46,371 bases of DNA from Octopus bimaculoides (Eukaryota). Of this stretch, positions 28,336 through 42,400 are shown one piece after another; position 1 is the first letter of the stretch; each line of letters begins with the position of its first letter. Location: NCBI RefSeq assembly GCF_001194135.2, contig NC_069009.1:2239759-2286129 (forward strand). The letters run 5' to 3'. A program made the translations under genes and the position numbers. Under the pieces are notes generated by a model. That model searched no databases, was not told where the DNA came from, and saw nothing but the letters and a program-made list of their open reading frames with translations.

Positions 28336-31300
28336 AAGATGAAGAAGAACGAGAAGAAGAAGAGGAAGGAGAGGGGGAGGATATAGAAGAACAAGCAGGA
28401 CATTTTTATGCAAACTGTGACAAAAACAACGCATTAGTACACGCGCACTCTCACACTCTGTGAAACACTGACACACAGTCACACACACATGCATTCACTC
28501 ATACATTTCCCATACTATCATTTTCCAAACTAACTGAATCGTTCACAACTTTGTAATTGGCTGTCATATTCTTGCTCCATCTAGCCAGCAAAGGCTGCAT
28601 TATTATTATTATTATTGTTGTTATTATTATTATTATTGTTGTTATTATTATTATTATTATTATTCTTTAGTCGTCTTATTTCTATCAGATGCTTTCACTG
28701 CTTAACCGAGTGCAGCTCTGTTTGCCTTGGGCTTGTGCTGTGGTTTGTTCTGATGTTCTTATTTTTACGTAGGATGCGTGAAATGCCTAATAGGACTATT
28801 TTCAGTATGTTATATATTTTTGTTCGTCCTGGTGTATTTGCCATGTATTTGTCTGAATTTTTTTATGACACATAACACGCCTACGATGATAGGAATTGCT
28901 TCTGTTTTTAGACACCACGTTCGGGTTAACTATATATCCGATGTCTTTGTATCTTTGAGAATTTCTCCATTTCTTTTAAAGAAATTTTCTCATCCGTTGG
29001 TAGTGATACATCGATTAGAAAGCATTTACTGCTTGATGATCTCTCACAGCTATATCCGCCCTATTGTCCTTAATTTCTCTATCTGTGAAAGGCTCGGCAT
29101 GCCGCGGGTAAATATGCACTGAGAATGTGGTATCTTAAGATATTCTGCCTAAACGGTAAACTAGTGTAGTCACCGTTTGTCAAACCGGCACTTTTGCAGC
29201 TCCTCTCCTTAACTGAACAACAATCCTAGGTCAAGGACGACTGGCATCTATAAAGGGTTAAAGGTGGGAAAAGTACAATGATGCACTCGGAGAGCCTTGG
29301 AGGGAGTCAACGAAGTCGAACTGTCCAGTTGTTTCATAGGACCTTTGATCCGGGACGATGGATGACTAGAATTCCTTGGCTTGACAGTGCTACCAAGGAA
29401 CACTACCGGTTCGAGAACTCTACAAGCCCCGAACTGTTCTCAAAAGAACTTGCCCAAGATGCACACAGAACGAGATAAACGTTCAATGTCATGCATTACA
29501 GACCTGTGGAGTTATGTCGAACAGTTGTTGTCGCGTGTTGGATGGATCTGACTATCAGCGGAGTCAATAGTGAAGATCGACACGCCGCCTGCCTTGGCCA
29601 GAAAGCGCAGCCAATGTTCCTCTGACTGGTAGCAGTAGCGAAGGAGTTTATGAGTTGGACCAGGTTGCAAGGCCGATTTTTCTCTTCCGCCAATCCCTCA
29701 TCAACTTTTATAGAATTCTCTTGGAAAGAGGAGGAAGCTGGAGAAAGAAGTGATTCCTGAGGAAATCGACTGATTGTATATTGTGTATATAGTGCGTCAA
29801 AGACAGTAAGAAAAAAAGAAAGCATGGAAAGAGATTAAATGTTTAGAATTATATTGTCAATAAGAGAGAAAGAAAAAACTAATGCAACTTACACAGCCAT
29901 TAAACTGGGAAGATTTTGAAGAGATCCAACTTCTAATTCAGTGATATCATTATTGTACAAATTTCTGTAACAAAAAATAGGGAGCAGTGAAAAAATGCAT
30001 ACAGGTTCGTAATGAAATATAAATTACAATGCCTAAAGATTTGGGAAACATGATGCCGATGATGACGGGGCAGATTTTGTTGATGATGATGATGATGTTG
30101 ATGGAGGTGGTGGTTGTCGTGGAATTGATTGTGATGTTTCTGATTGTGGTGATGTGATAACTCGGAGGATATGCATGATGCTGTTAGTGTTCACGGGGAG
30201 GTTGATGTTGATACTAGTGTTGGTTGAGATGGTGCTGTTAATGATGATGATGATGAGGAGGAGGAGGAGGATGACGATGATGATGATTATGAATGTAATG
30301 ATGTTCATGATGATGGTGATGATGATTATCGTGGTGGTGTTGGTGTTTATGAGAACGATGTTGATGAGGAAAGTTAAGACAATGATGACTTTGACGATGG
30401 TGATGGTGAAGAAATATTTTCAGAGAAATAAAGGAAGTAAATGTTTAAGAGTTGGAAGGTTAGATATATTTATATATGAATAAAGTTGCATTAAAAATGA
30501 AATTAATAAGCTTGATGGCGGCATTCAAACTTGATCCGTTTTCCTGACTTTTCCGATGGCAGGCATATGTCGATGAATGGCTGAATGACCAAATGGATGC
30601 TTCTCTGCTAGTTCCTCAACAGATAAATAGGGATTTTTTCAGCAAGTTTTCGAGGACGTCCTCGTTGAGCTGTACACATCTTCTAGGACAAGGCTCGTCT
30701 TCTAGGCTGTAGTCTCCGACTCGGAATTGCAGTAACTCCCATTGAAACTGATTTACGCTTATTGATCGACACACATATAGTGCATTATTATTCATCGTAT
30801 TTTCATATGCCTTGTTGCCTTTATTGAACTCATAAAGTAAAATCAGTCTAATATGCTCCTTTGTCACTTCCATTATATATTTCGTTTTTGCCCACGGTGG
30901 GCTAAACACAGATGGGCCAAACAATGACAGACAATGGGATTAGGTCTATTACATCGACCCCAGTGCATAACTGGTACTTATTTAATCGACCAAGAAAGGA
31001 TGAAAGGCAGAATTTGAAATCAGAACGTAACGGCAGACGAAAAAGCGCTAAGCATTTTGCCCGGTGTCCTAAGGATTCTGCTAGATCGCCGCCTAGCGTT
31101 GAAAATAAATAAATTTTAATATCGAAATGCACTCTTCGAAAGTTGCACTAAGAATAAGTGTAATATGAATTTACTACCTAGTTTTATAGTACGGTGATGC
31201 CGATGTTGGGTATGGCGGTAATGATAAATGTGGTGTTACCAGTAACATAGGTATAAGTTACGATATTTATGGCGATGATGATAATCTTCTTCAGGAGCAT

Positions 31301-34300
31301 AACGATCCCGATGAAGATTTTGATGAGGAAAATGAAGAAGAGTTATATTACGTAGATGTTGACGGTGATGAATGAAGAAGAGGAAGTGGAAGATGTTTTA
31401 CGTAAGACAAATATTTAAGAAACAAACAAATGAAAGAGCGGGAGGGGGAAGAGAAAGAGGGGAGGAAGAATGTGATGGGGCGGACGATGACAAGGAGGAG
31501 GAGAGAAGAAAAAAGATATGTTCAAGTAGCAGAAGTTGCGAAAGAATACAACAGAATTTGATGATGAAGAAGAGAAATAGGACAAAGAACGTGAAGAAAA
31601 AGTCAGTGTAGAAGGAAAAAGAGGTGAAGAAGAAGAAGAAAAAGAAAAAAAGAAGAAGAAGAAGAAGGGAGGAAGATGAGAGGAATAAAAAGTACAAGAA
31701 GTGGAATATGGCAAAGAAATAGGTGGAGAATCGGAGAATTCAGAATTAAAGACAAGAAAATAAGCAGAAAAATTATGTAGAAGGGGATGATGATGACAAA
31801 ATATAAATTGCGTCTTTACAAAGACATTACAGATTTTGAAAGATATCGTCAAAGAAATGCTATAAACGTAGATTGATTCAACTTACAGAGTTGTTAAACT
31901 GGAAAGATTTCGGAAGGTTCCTGCTTTGATTTTCATAATTGCATTACTGTACAACTTCCTGGAAAATAACATTGAGTTAAGAACATTTGTTGAACAAATT
32001 TGTGTCTGAAGAATTGGATGATGGAAGAGATAAAAAGTAGATTAACATGATGATGAACATCATGATGATGTTGTAGATAACGTTGGATTGGATGGGGTCA
32101 GTGATGTGTATGAGAAGAAATAATTGTGGGAATGTATATGATGATGTTATGATGTTGATAATGGGGTACTGCTAATTTTGATCATTGTGAAAATGATGAG
32201 GATTCGCAGCTTTTGTGGTGATGAAGAATATGATATTGTTGATGTTCGTGGTGATGGTTTCTGTTGGCGATGATTTTGGTGGGGTTTATGATTGTGTATG
32301 TGGAAAGAACAAGAAGACGAAGAAGAAAATGAAGAACAACAACAAGGAGGCGGAGAAGAAGAAGAAGAAGAAGAAGAAGAAAAGGAATGGTTACATAAAC
32401 ACAGAATAGTATTGCACATAATGACTGATGGAAAAATTCAGCATTCTTCCGATTGTGGAGAAATTAGTCATACATAAAAACAGACACTGATATTTACACA
32501 CACACACACACACACACGTACACACACATGTTTACACACACACGCTTCTCAGACATTCAGAGAAATGCACATTCCTGTGGAAAGCGACTGAGTGTATATA
32601 GTGTGTCAAGGAAAATGACGGGAAAAAGAAAGCATGGAAAGACATTAAATGTTTAGAATTATATTATCAATAAAAGAGAATCAAAAAAGTAATGCAACTT
32701 ACAGAGTCTTTAAACTGGGAAGATCTTGAAAAGATCCAACTTCTAATTCACTGATATCATTATANNNNNNNNNNNNNNNNNNNNNNNNNNNNNNNNNNNN
32801 NNNNNNNNNNNNNNNNNNNNNNNNNNNNNNNNNNNNNNNNNNNNNNNNNNNNNNNNNNNNNNNNNNNNNNNNNNNNNNNNNNNNNNNNNNNNNNNNNNNN
32901 NNNNNNNNNNNNNNNNNNNNNNNNNNNNNNNNNNNNNNNNNNNNNNNNNNNNNNNNNNNNNNNNNNNNNNNNNNNNNNNNNNNNNNNNNNNNTCAGAGAA
33001 ATGCACATTCCTGTGGAAAGCGACTGAGTGTATATAGTGTGTCAAGGAAAATGACGGGAAAAAGAAAGCATGGAAAGACATTAAATGTTTAGAATTATAT
33101 TATCAATAAAAGAGAATCAAAAAAGTAATGCAACTTACAGAGTCTTTAAACTGGGAAGATCTTGAAAAGATCCAACTTCTAATTCACTGATATCATTATA
33201 GTATAAATCTCTGTAGCAAAAAAAAAACAAAAAAAAACATGAGCGTTGAAAAAATGTACAGATGTTCGTAACGTATTATAAAATATAATGCTTAAAAATT
33301 GAGGAAAGTAACGTTAATAATGATGCAGTAGTTGAGGATGTTGATGATCATGATGATGGTGGTGGTGGTGGTGGTTATGATACTGAGGTTGATGAGAAAA
33401 GTTACGGTAATGATGATTTTTATGATGGTGATAGTAAAGAAGAAGAAGAAGAAGAAGAAGAAGAAGAAGAAGAAGAAGAAGAAGAAGAAGAAGAAGAAGA
33501 AGAAGAAGCAGAAGAAAAAGAAGTAAAAGAAGAAAAGGAAGAAGAGAAAAATAGCATCCTCAAAAATAATAACATCAACAAAAACAACTGGAACCGTTAA
33601 AGCATATTTTTTAAAATAAGCGAATGAATCACCTAGAGCGAAAATATACATCTACAAGGGTTATTCAAGGATGTTATTTCGCTTCGATCTTCAGTTAAAC
33701 ACCGTATGTAATATACGTACATTCACAACCATTCATCCATACGGATAGATATAAACATGCAAGCAGTAAATGTTTTCCCTCAAGTAACACGCTCCCATAT
33801 ATCTCAGATCTCAGAAAGGCCTCCAAATTCACATTCACATACATTCACTAAATATAAATTGCATCTATACAAAGATATTACAGGTTTACAAAGATATCGC
33901 CAAAGAAATATTATAAACGTAGGTTGATTCAACTTACAGAGTTGTTAAACTGGAAAGATTTCTGAAGGTGTTTGCTTTGATTTTCATAATATAATTAACG
34001 GACAATTCCCTGAAATATAACATTGAGATAAGAACATTAATGGATTACATTTGTTACTAAAGAATTGGAGAATGGACGACATTGAATGCAGATAACCATC
34101 ACGTTGAAATTCAGAAGCTCACAAACGAGAAAATTTATTGAAACGTATGTATAGAAAGACGGTTGTGGGATCTTAATTAATGTAAGGGAAGACAGTAGAG
34201 AATTAGAAGGATATCCTCAATGAAATACTATCAAATAAGATTGATTCAACTTACAGAGTTGTTAAACTGGAAAGATTTTTGAAGGTTCCTGCTTGGATTT

Positions 34301-36803
34301 CCTTGATTTCGTTATTACCCAATTTCCTGGAACATAAAATTGAGTTAAGAACATCTATGGAACAAATGTGTGAGAGAATATTTGATATTATGTCTACAGA
34401 ACTAGATANNNNNNNNNNNNNNNNNNNNNNNNNNNNNNNNNNNNNNNNNNNNNNNNNNNNNNNNNNNNNNNNNNNNNNNNNNNNNNNNNNNNNNNNNNNN
34501 NNNNNNNNNNNNNNNNNNNNNNNNNNNNNNNNNNNNNNNNNNNNNNNNNNNNNNNNNNNNNNNNNNNNNNNNNNNNNNNNNNNNNNNNNNNNNNNNNNNN
34601 NNNNNNNNNNNNNNNNNNNNNNNNNNNNNNNNNNNNNNNNNNNNNNNNNNNNNNNNNNNNNNNNNNNNNNNNNNNNNNNNNNNNNNNNNNNNNNNNNNNN
34701 NNNNNNNNNNNNNNNNNNNNNNNNNNNNNNNNNNNNNNNNNNNNNNNNNNNNNNNNNNNNNNNNNNNNNNNNNNNNNNNNNNNNNNNNNNNNNNNNNNNN
34801 NNNNNNNNNNNNNNNNNNNNNNNNNNNNNNNNNNNNNNNNNNNNNNNNNNNNNNNNNNNNNNNNNNNNNNNNNNNNNNNNNNNNNNNNNNNNNNNNNNNN
34901 NNNNNNNNNNNNNNNNNNNNNNNNNNNNNNNNNNNNNNNNNNNNNNNNNNNNNNNNNNNNNNNNNNNNNNNNNNNNNNNNNNNNNNNNNNNNNNNNNNNN
35001 NNNNNNNNNNNNNNNNNNNNNNNNNNNNNNNNNNNNNNNNNNNNNNNNNNNNNNNNNNNNNNNNNNNNNNNNNNNNNNNNNNNNNNNAGACAGTAGAGAA
35101 TTAGAAGGATATCCTCAATGAAATACTATCAAATAAGATTGATTCAACTTACAGAGTTGTTAAACTGGAAAGATTTTTGAAGGTTCCTGCTTGGATTTCC
35201 TTGATTTCGTTATTACCCAATTTCCTGGAACATAAAATTGAGTTAAGAACATCTATGGAACAAATGTGTGAGAGAATATTTGATATTATGTCTACAGAAC
35301 TAGATAATGGAAGAGATGGAATGTAGCTTACTATCATGACGAGGTTCTAGATGGTGTTGTGCAATGAGGGCAGTGACGAATATGAGGATGAGGCAGAGAA
35401 GAAATTAATGTGGGAGTAATGATGATGATGGTGATGATGAGGAGGATGAGGATGATATGATCCTGAAGATGGAGGATGATATGATCCTGAAGATGTCGAA
35501 CAGTTGTTGTCGCGTGTTGGATGGATCTGACTATCGGCGGAGTCAATAGTGAAGATCGACACGCCACCTGCCTTGGCCAGAAAGCGCAGCCAATGTTCCT
35601 CTGACTGGTAGCAGTAGCGAAGGAGTTTATGAGTTGGACCAGGTCGCAAGGCCTGAACACCGATTTTTCTCTTCCGCCAATCCCTCATCAACTTTTATAG
35701 AATTCTCTTTGAAAGAAGATGAAGCTGGAGAAAGAAGTGATGCCCCTAGTGCATTTTCAGAAATTACTGTCAGTTTATAAGGAAATGCATATTATTCCTG
35801 AGGCAATCGACAGATTGTATATTTTGTATATAGTGCGTCAACGAGAGTGAGGAAAAAAAGAAAGCATGGAAAGAGATTAAATGTTTAGGATTATATTGTC
35901 AATAAGAGAGAAAGAAAAAACTAATGAAACTTACAGAGTCGTTAAACTGGGAAGAGTTTGAAGAGATCCAACTTCTAATTCATTGATTTCATTATTATAC
36001 AACTCTCTGTAACAAAAAATAGGGAATAGTGAAAAAATGTATATAAGTTCGTAATGAAATATAAAATAGAACTACATGCAGTGAAAAGCATGTAAAAAAA
36101 TATGTAGAAGAGGAGGATAAAGTAGAAGTAGAAGTAGGAGGGAAATGATGTGGAGGAAGAGTAGTAGGAGGAGGGGGAGGAGGAGGAGGAGGAGGGGCGG
36201 AAGAAGTAAAAGAACAAAGTGGAGAAGAAATGGCAGAAAAGGAAGGACTACAACTACAGACGGGAAAAGAAGCAGAAAAAGACACATCTATAGAAAGACA
36301 TTACAGATTTAGAACGATATCCCCAAAGAAATACTATAAACGTAGGTTGATTCAACTTACAGATTTGTCAAACTGGAAAGATTTTCGAAGGTCCCTGCTT
36401 TGATTTTCTTAATTTCATTAACGTACAATTTCCTGGAATATAACATTAAGAACATTTATTGAACAAATTTGTGACTAAAGAATTGGATGATGGAAGAGAT
36501 GAAAAGTAGATTAACATCTTGAACTTTATAATGATGATGAGGATACTGTTGTGTGTGGTGGGGACTGTGATGAGAATGATGATGTGGCAGAGGAGAAGAA
36601 ATGATTGTGGGAGTGTATATGATGATGTTATGAGGATGATGATGGGGGTGATGTTAATTTTGATCCTTGTGAAAGTGATGAGGATTTTCTAGTTTTTGTT
36701 GTGATGAAGAATATGATATTGATGATGATGTTGGTGGAGAGGTTTTCTGTTGGTGATGATGTTGATGACGTTGGTGATTTTTCATGTGTAAAAGAAGAAG
36801 AAG

Positions 36804-36834
<31 letters not shown>

Positions 36835-37906
36835 CCTATGGTGTTTATTTTGTAATAGTTTTGTAGCTGTACTAGGCCTGTACCACCTTCTGTACGTTGC
36901 GCTGTATATATAACCTTTGTATGGCTGATGTTCAGTGGTGCATCCTAATTCCTGACATTATTTTCTTTGTTTTCTGTGTGTTTTGATTGGTTCATTCAGA
37001 ATCCAGTTAATGATACTGCAACTGAATCTTTTAGAGGAAGGAGGAGGAAGATGTAGTGGGAGAAGGAGGAGGAAAAGAAATGCTCAACAGAAAAGATCTT
37101 TCGCGTTTGGGAGTAAATGAAGAAGAAATAGAAAAGTGTAAAATAAATTACTCTGAGTATAAACATAAATAATGTCATTCACAATTTATAATTAGAACGG
37201 AAATCCATGAATGGTAATCAGCGTTCATCGAGATGTAAATATAATAAATAATATACAAAAGGATATACAAATGAAGTCGATACACTCGTATACATTCACT
37301 CAGACTGAAAAACACAGATTGACATATGCACATACATACACAAAATCATCTATATTAATTATAACAATACCACACAGTGATACTCACACAAACACACACT
37401 CACACACGTACTCCTTCTCAGACATTCACAAAGAATTGCATATTCCTGTGGAAAGCAACTGAATGTATATAGTGAGTCAAGGAGAGTGAGAGAAAAAAGA
37501 AAGCATGGGAAGACATTAAATGTTTATAATTATATTATGAATAAAAGAGAGTCAAAAACTAATGCGACTTACAGAGTTATTAGACTGGGAAGATTTTGAA
37601 AAGATCCAACTTCTAATTCATTGATAGCATTATTATTCAAAGTTCTGTAATAAAAAGTGAGACGTGAAAAAATGTATACAGGGTCGTAATGCAATATAAT
37701 GCCTAAAAATTTAGGCAAGTAATCGCTGATGATGACGGGGTTGATGATGATGTTGATTATGATGGTGGTGGTTGCTGTCGTGGTGATGGTGGTGGTTGCT
37801 GTCGTGGTGATGGTTGTGATAATTCGGAGGATGAGGATGATGGTGATATTGTTCATGTTGATACTCATGCTTATCATGGTGGTGATGATGATGATGATGA
37901 TGATGA

Positions 37907-37937
<31 letters not shown>

Positions 37938-39084
37938 GATAAAAATGTTGATGATTGTGGTAGTGGTGGTGCGTATGGTATTCTGAGAATGATGTTGATG
38001 AGGAACGTTATGGCAATGATGATTTTGATAATGGTGAGTGTGAAGAAATTACGTAGCTGGAAATATATAAATTAAACGGTTAAGTGTTGGAAGGTTTAGA
38101 GATATTTATATATGATTAAAGTTGCTTAAAAAATACAATTACAAGATTGATGTGTGTCATTCCACGTTGATCCAGTGCTAAACGCAGTAAGTGTTATATA
38201 ATCATGAATACAAGTTGATGCACTAGTATTGAACCACCCCCTTACACGAAACATAAACATATGCATACACATACATAAAATATGTTGCTTGAACAATCAT
38301 ATGTACAAACACACACACTCATGTGGTGGTGGTGGTGGTTTTGGTGGTGGTAGTGGTGGTGTTGCTGCTGCTGATGATGATGATGATTGTGGTGTTGGGG
38401 ACGATGACGGTGGTGGTGATAGTGGATATAATGAGAAGGCCGTGGAGGACGGGTAGGATATATTTAATGCTAATAATGATGATAAAAACTAATGCTGATT
38501 ATGGTGGTGATGATGAAAACGGTGTTGCCAGTAATAAATGTATTGACGACGATAATTATGGTGAAGATAATTCTTGTGATGAGCAAAACGATCCTGATTA
38601 AGATTCTGATGACCAAGATGAAGAACAGCTTGATCAAGAAGATGCTGGCAGTGATGAACGAAAAAGATGAAGTTGAAGACGTTTTACATACGACAAATAT
38701 CTAAGAAACAAACAAATGAAAGAGCGGGAACGCAAATGCAAAAGAAATCTGGAAGAAGTACGAGAATAGAAGGGAATGAAGAAAACGAAGTAAAAGAAGG
38801 TGGAGGAGGAAGAAAATGAGGGGGGGAAGAGATGGGAATGAGGCAGACGACGAAGTGAGAAGAAATTGGAGAAACAGAGAAGAGAAAGAAAAGCACAAGT
38901 AACAAATTTTGAACATTTTGGAAATGTTGGGGATTCGCTGTCTTTGTGGTGATGATGAATATGATATTAATGATGATGATGATGATGATGACGGCGTTGA
39001 AGATGGTGCGTTTAAAAGAAGATGAAGAAGAAAAAAGTAATAGAATCAGAGGCAGAAGACGACGACGAAGTAGAAGGAAAGAAG

Positions 39085-39149
<65 letters not shown>

Positions 39150-39153
39150 TGTG

Positions 39154-39188
<35 letters not shown>

Positions 39189-39413
39189 NNNNNNNNNNNN
39201 NNNNNNNNNNNNNNNNNNNNNNNNNNNNNNNNNNNNNNNNNNNNNNNNNNNNNNNNNNNNNNNNNNNNNNNNNNNNNNNNNNNNNNNNNNNNNNNNNNNN
39301 NNNNNNNNNNNNNNNNNNNNNNNNNNNNNNNNNNNNNNNNNNNNNNNNNNNNNNNNNNNNNNNNNNNNNNNNNNNNNNNNNNNNNNGTGGTGGTGGTGGT
39401 GGTGGTGGTGGTG

Positions 39414-39445
<32 letters not shown>

Positions 39446-42400
39446 GGTGGTGGTGGTGGTGGTGTTAGTAGTAGTAGTGGCAGCAGCAGCATTACCTGTA
39501 GTAGTAAAAAAAGAGAGAGGAAAGAAGAAGAGGCAGAACAAGAATATGACCAAGGAGAATAAGCGTATGAATCATCTGGCGCGAAACATAAGGGGTTTCG
39601 ATTCTCAATTAAACTCCGTGTGTAATACACATACATACACGCACATCCATAAATCCATACACAGAGACATACACAGAGACATACACAGAGACATACACAT
39701 GCATGCACTGAATGCCTCTCCTCAGGTATCACGCTCCTATATGCCTCACATCTCAGAAATGAGCCCACAATCATATTCACACACATTCACAAAATATGAA
39801 TTGCATCTATACAAAAGACATTACAGACTTAGAAAGATATCATCGACGAAATACTATAAACGTAGGTTGATTCAACTTACAGTATTATTAAACTGGAAAG
39901 ATTTCGGAAGGTTTCTGCTTTGATTTTCTTAATTTTATTACCGCTCAAACCCCTGGAACATAAAATTGAGTTAAGAACATTTATGGAAGAAATATGTGCC
40001 TAAACAATTGGATTATGGAAGAGATGAACAAATACGTTAATATCATGAGAGCTTCATGATGATGTTGTAAATAATATTGGGTAGTGATGAGTATGATGAT
40101 ATGGCAGAGTAAAAGAAATTACTGCGGGGCTGTTGATGATGATATTATGATGCTGATGATGGGGGTGATTTTGGTAATTTTGTTAATTGTGAAAATGATG
40201 CTGATTCGCAGTCCTTGTTGTGATGATGAATATGATAATGACGTTGAAGATTGTGTATATTTGAAATGATAATAATAATAAGAAGAAAACACGAAAAAGA
40301 ACAGGAGGATCAGATGAAGGAGAAGGTAAAGAAAAGGAAGACGAAGAAGAAGGAAGGGAAGAAGAATGAGGATAATGGTGAGGGTAATGATGACGAGGAT
40401 GAAGTCCTAAGATATTATGATGGTGTCGATGGGGAGTGGAATTTCAGAGGACGGGAAGAAGAAGTAGACGAGGAAGAAGAAGGATAGAATAAGAAAGGCA
40501 ACAACAACAAAAAAGAATGTTTTAATATTAGCGTATGAAACATCTAGGGCTAAATATACAACTACAAGAGTTATTCAAGAATGTTATTTAGTGTCTATAT
40601 AAAGGTGAACACCATGCGTAATGTACACACGTGTTAATACACTCGTATATACTCATCTGTACACATTGACATGCACAAGCTTACACTAAACGNNNNNNNN
40701 NNNNNNNNNNNNNNNNNNNNNNNNNNNNNNNNNNNNNNNNNNNNNNNNNNNNNNNNNNNNNNNNNNNNNNNNNNNNNNNNNNNNNNNNNNNNNNNNNNNN
40801 NNNNNNNNNNNNNNNNNNNNNNNNNNNNNNNNNNNNNNNNNNNNNNNNNNNNNNNNNNNNNNNNNNNNNNNNNNNNNNNNNNNNNNNNNNNNNNNNNNNN
40901 NNNNNNNNNNNNNNNNNNNNNNNNNNNNNNNNNNNNNNNNNNNNNNNNNNNNNNNNNNNNNNNNNNNNNNNNNNNNNNNNNNNNNNNNNNNNNNNNNNNN
41001 NNNNNNNNNNNNNNNNNNNNNNNNNNNNNNNNNNNNNNNNNNNNNNNNNNNNNNNNNNNNNNNNNNNNNNNNNNNNNNNNNNNNNNNNNNNNNNNNNNNN
41101 NNNNNNNNNNNNNNNNNNNNNNNNNNNNNNNNNNNNNNNNNNNNNNNNNNNNNNNNNNNNNNNNNNNNNNNNNNNNNNNNNNNNNNNNNNNNNNNNNNNN
41201 NNNNNNNNNNNNNNNNNNNNNNNNNNNNNNNNNNNNNNNNNNNNNNNNNNNNNNNNNNNNNNNNNNNNNNNNNNNNNNNNNNNNNNNNNNNNNNNNNNNN
41301 NNNNNNNNNNNNNNNNNNNNNNNNNNNNNNNNNNNNNNNNAGAAGAAGAAGAAGAAGAAGAAGAAGAAGAAGAAGAAGAAGAAGAAGAAGAAGAAGAAGA
41401 AGAAGAAGAAGAAGAAGAAGAAGAAGAAGAAGGATCGATGGCGGAAGAATCATAAGGAGAGAAATAGGATAGGATGAAGAAGAACCAGGAGGAGATGCAG
41501 AAAACAAAGAACAACAGCAACAACAAGCAAATGATGTAGAAGTAGAACAGAAGAAGAAGAAGAAGAAAAAGAAAAAAAGAAGTAGAACAGAAGAAGAAGA
41601 AGAAAAAGGAGAAATAGAAGAAAAGCCAGCAAAACAACTTGTAAAGAATTTGCTAAGCGTATGAGTCATCTGGGGGTTGAGGTAAACACCGTACGTAATA
41701 TATACACATGTTAATACACTTATCCATACACATAGACATAAAGCATAAATTAGAGGCTTCCCCTGAAGTATCACGCTCCTATATATATACTATATCTCAG
41801 AAAAACAATAAAAAGAATCTCTAGACACACGGGTGTGGGAGCTTAAATTAAAGTATGGGTAGACATGGCAGATTTAGAAAGACATTGTCAATGAAATAGT
41901 ATAAAAGAAGATTTATTCAACTTACAGAGTTGTTAAATTTGAAAGAATTTGGAAGGTTCCGGTTTCGATTTCTTTGATATTGTTTTTACTTAAATCCCTG
42001 GAGCGAAAAAATTGAGTTGAGAAGAACATTTATGGAACAAATGTGTGAGAGAATATTAAACATTATGACTAAAGAATTGGAAGATAGAAGAGACGAAAAG
42101 TATATTACGATATTTTCGATAATGTTGGTTAGGTGTAGGTTGAAGTAGCAGAAGTAGACGAAGAAAGAATTTGTTTCGATGTTAGCGTATGAATCATCTG
42201 GGGCTAAAAATAGGATGCTATTTAGCGTCTATCGAGGTAAACCATGTGTAATGTGACACACATGTTAATACACGCGTTTATACTCATTCGTACACATAGA
42301 CATACACAGGCATACACTAAATGCTTCCCCTCAAGTATGACACTCCCATATATCCCATATCTTACAAATGGACCCACACTCAAATTCACAGAATTTCACG

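Noticed and set aside
32557-35306. Apparent extra tandem exon copies at 32703 and 34255/35153; also the duplicate at 25850-25955 around a 10-N gap
   Set aside because: Identical sequence on both sides of an N-gap is typical of unmerged contig overlaps, so each pair is counted once.
37373-37400. cacagtg heptamer suggesting RAG-type recombination signals
   Set aside because: This is a single occurrence without a convincing nonamer at 12 or 23 nt, and it is not repeated at the other cassettes.
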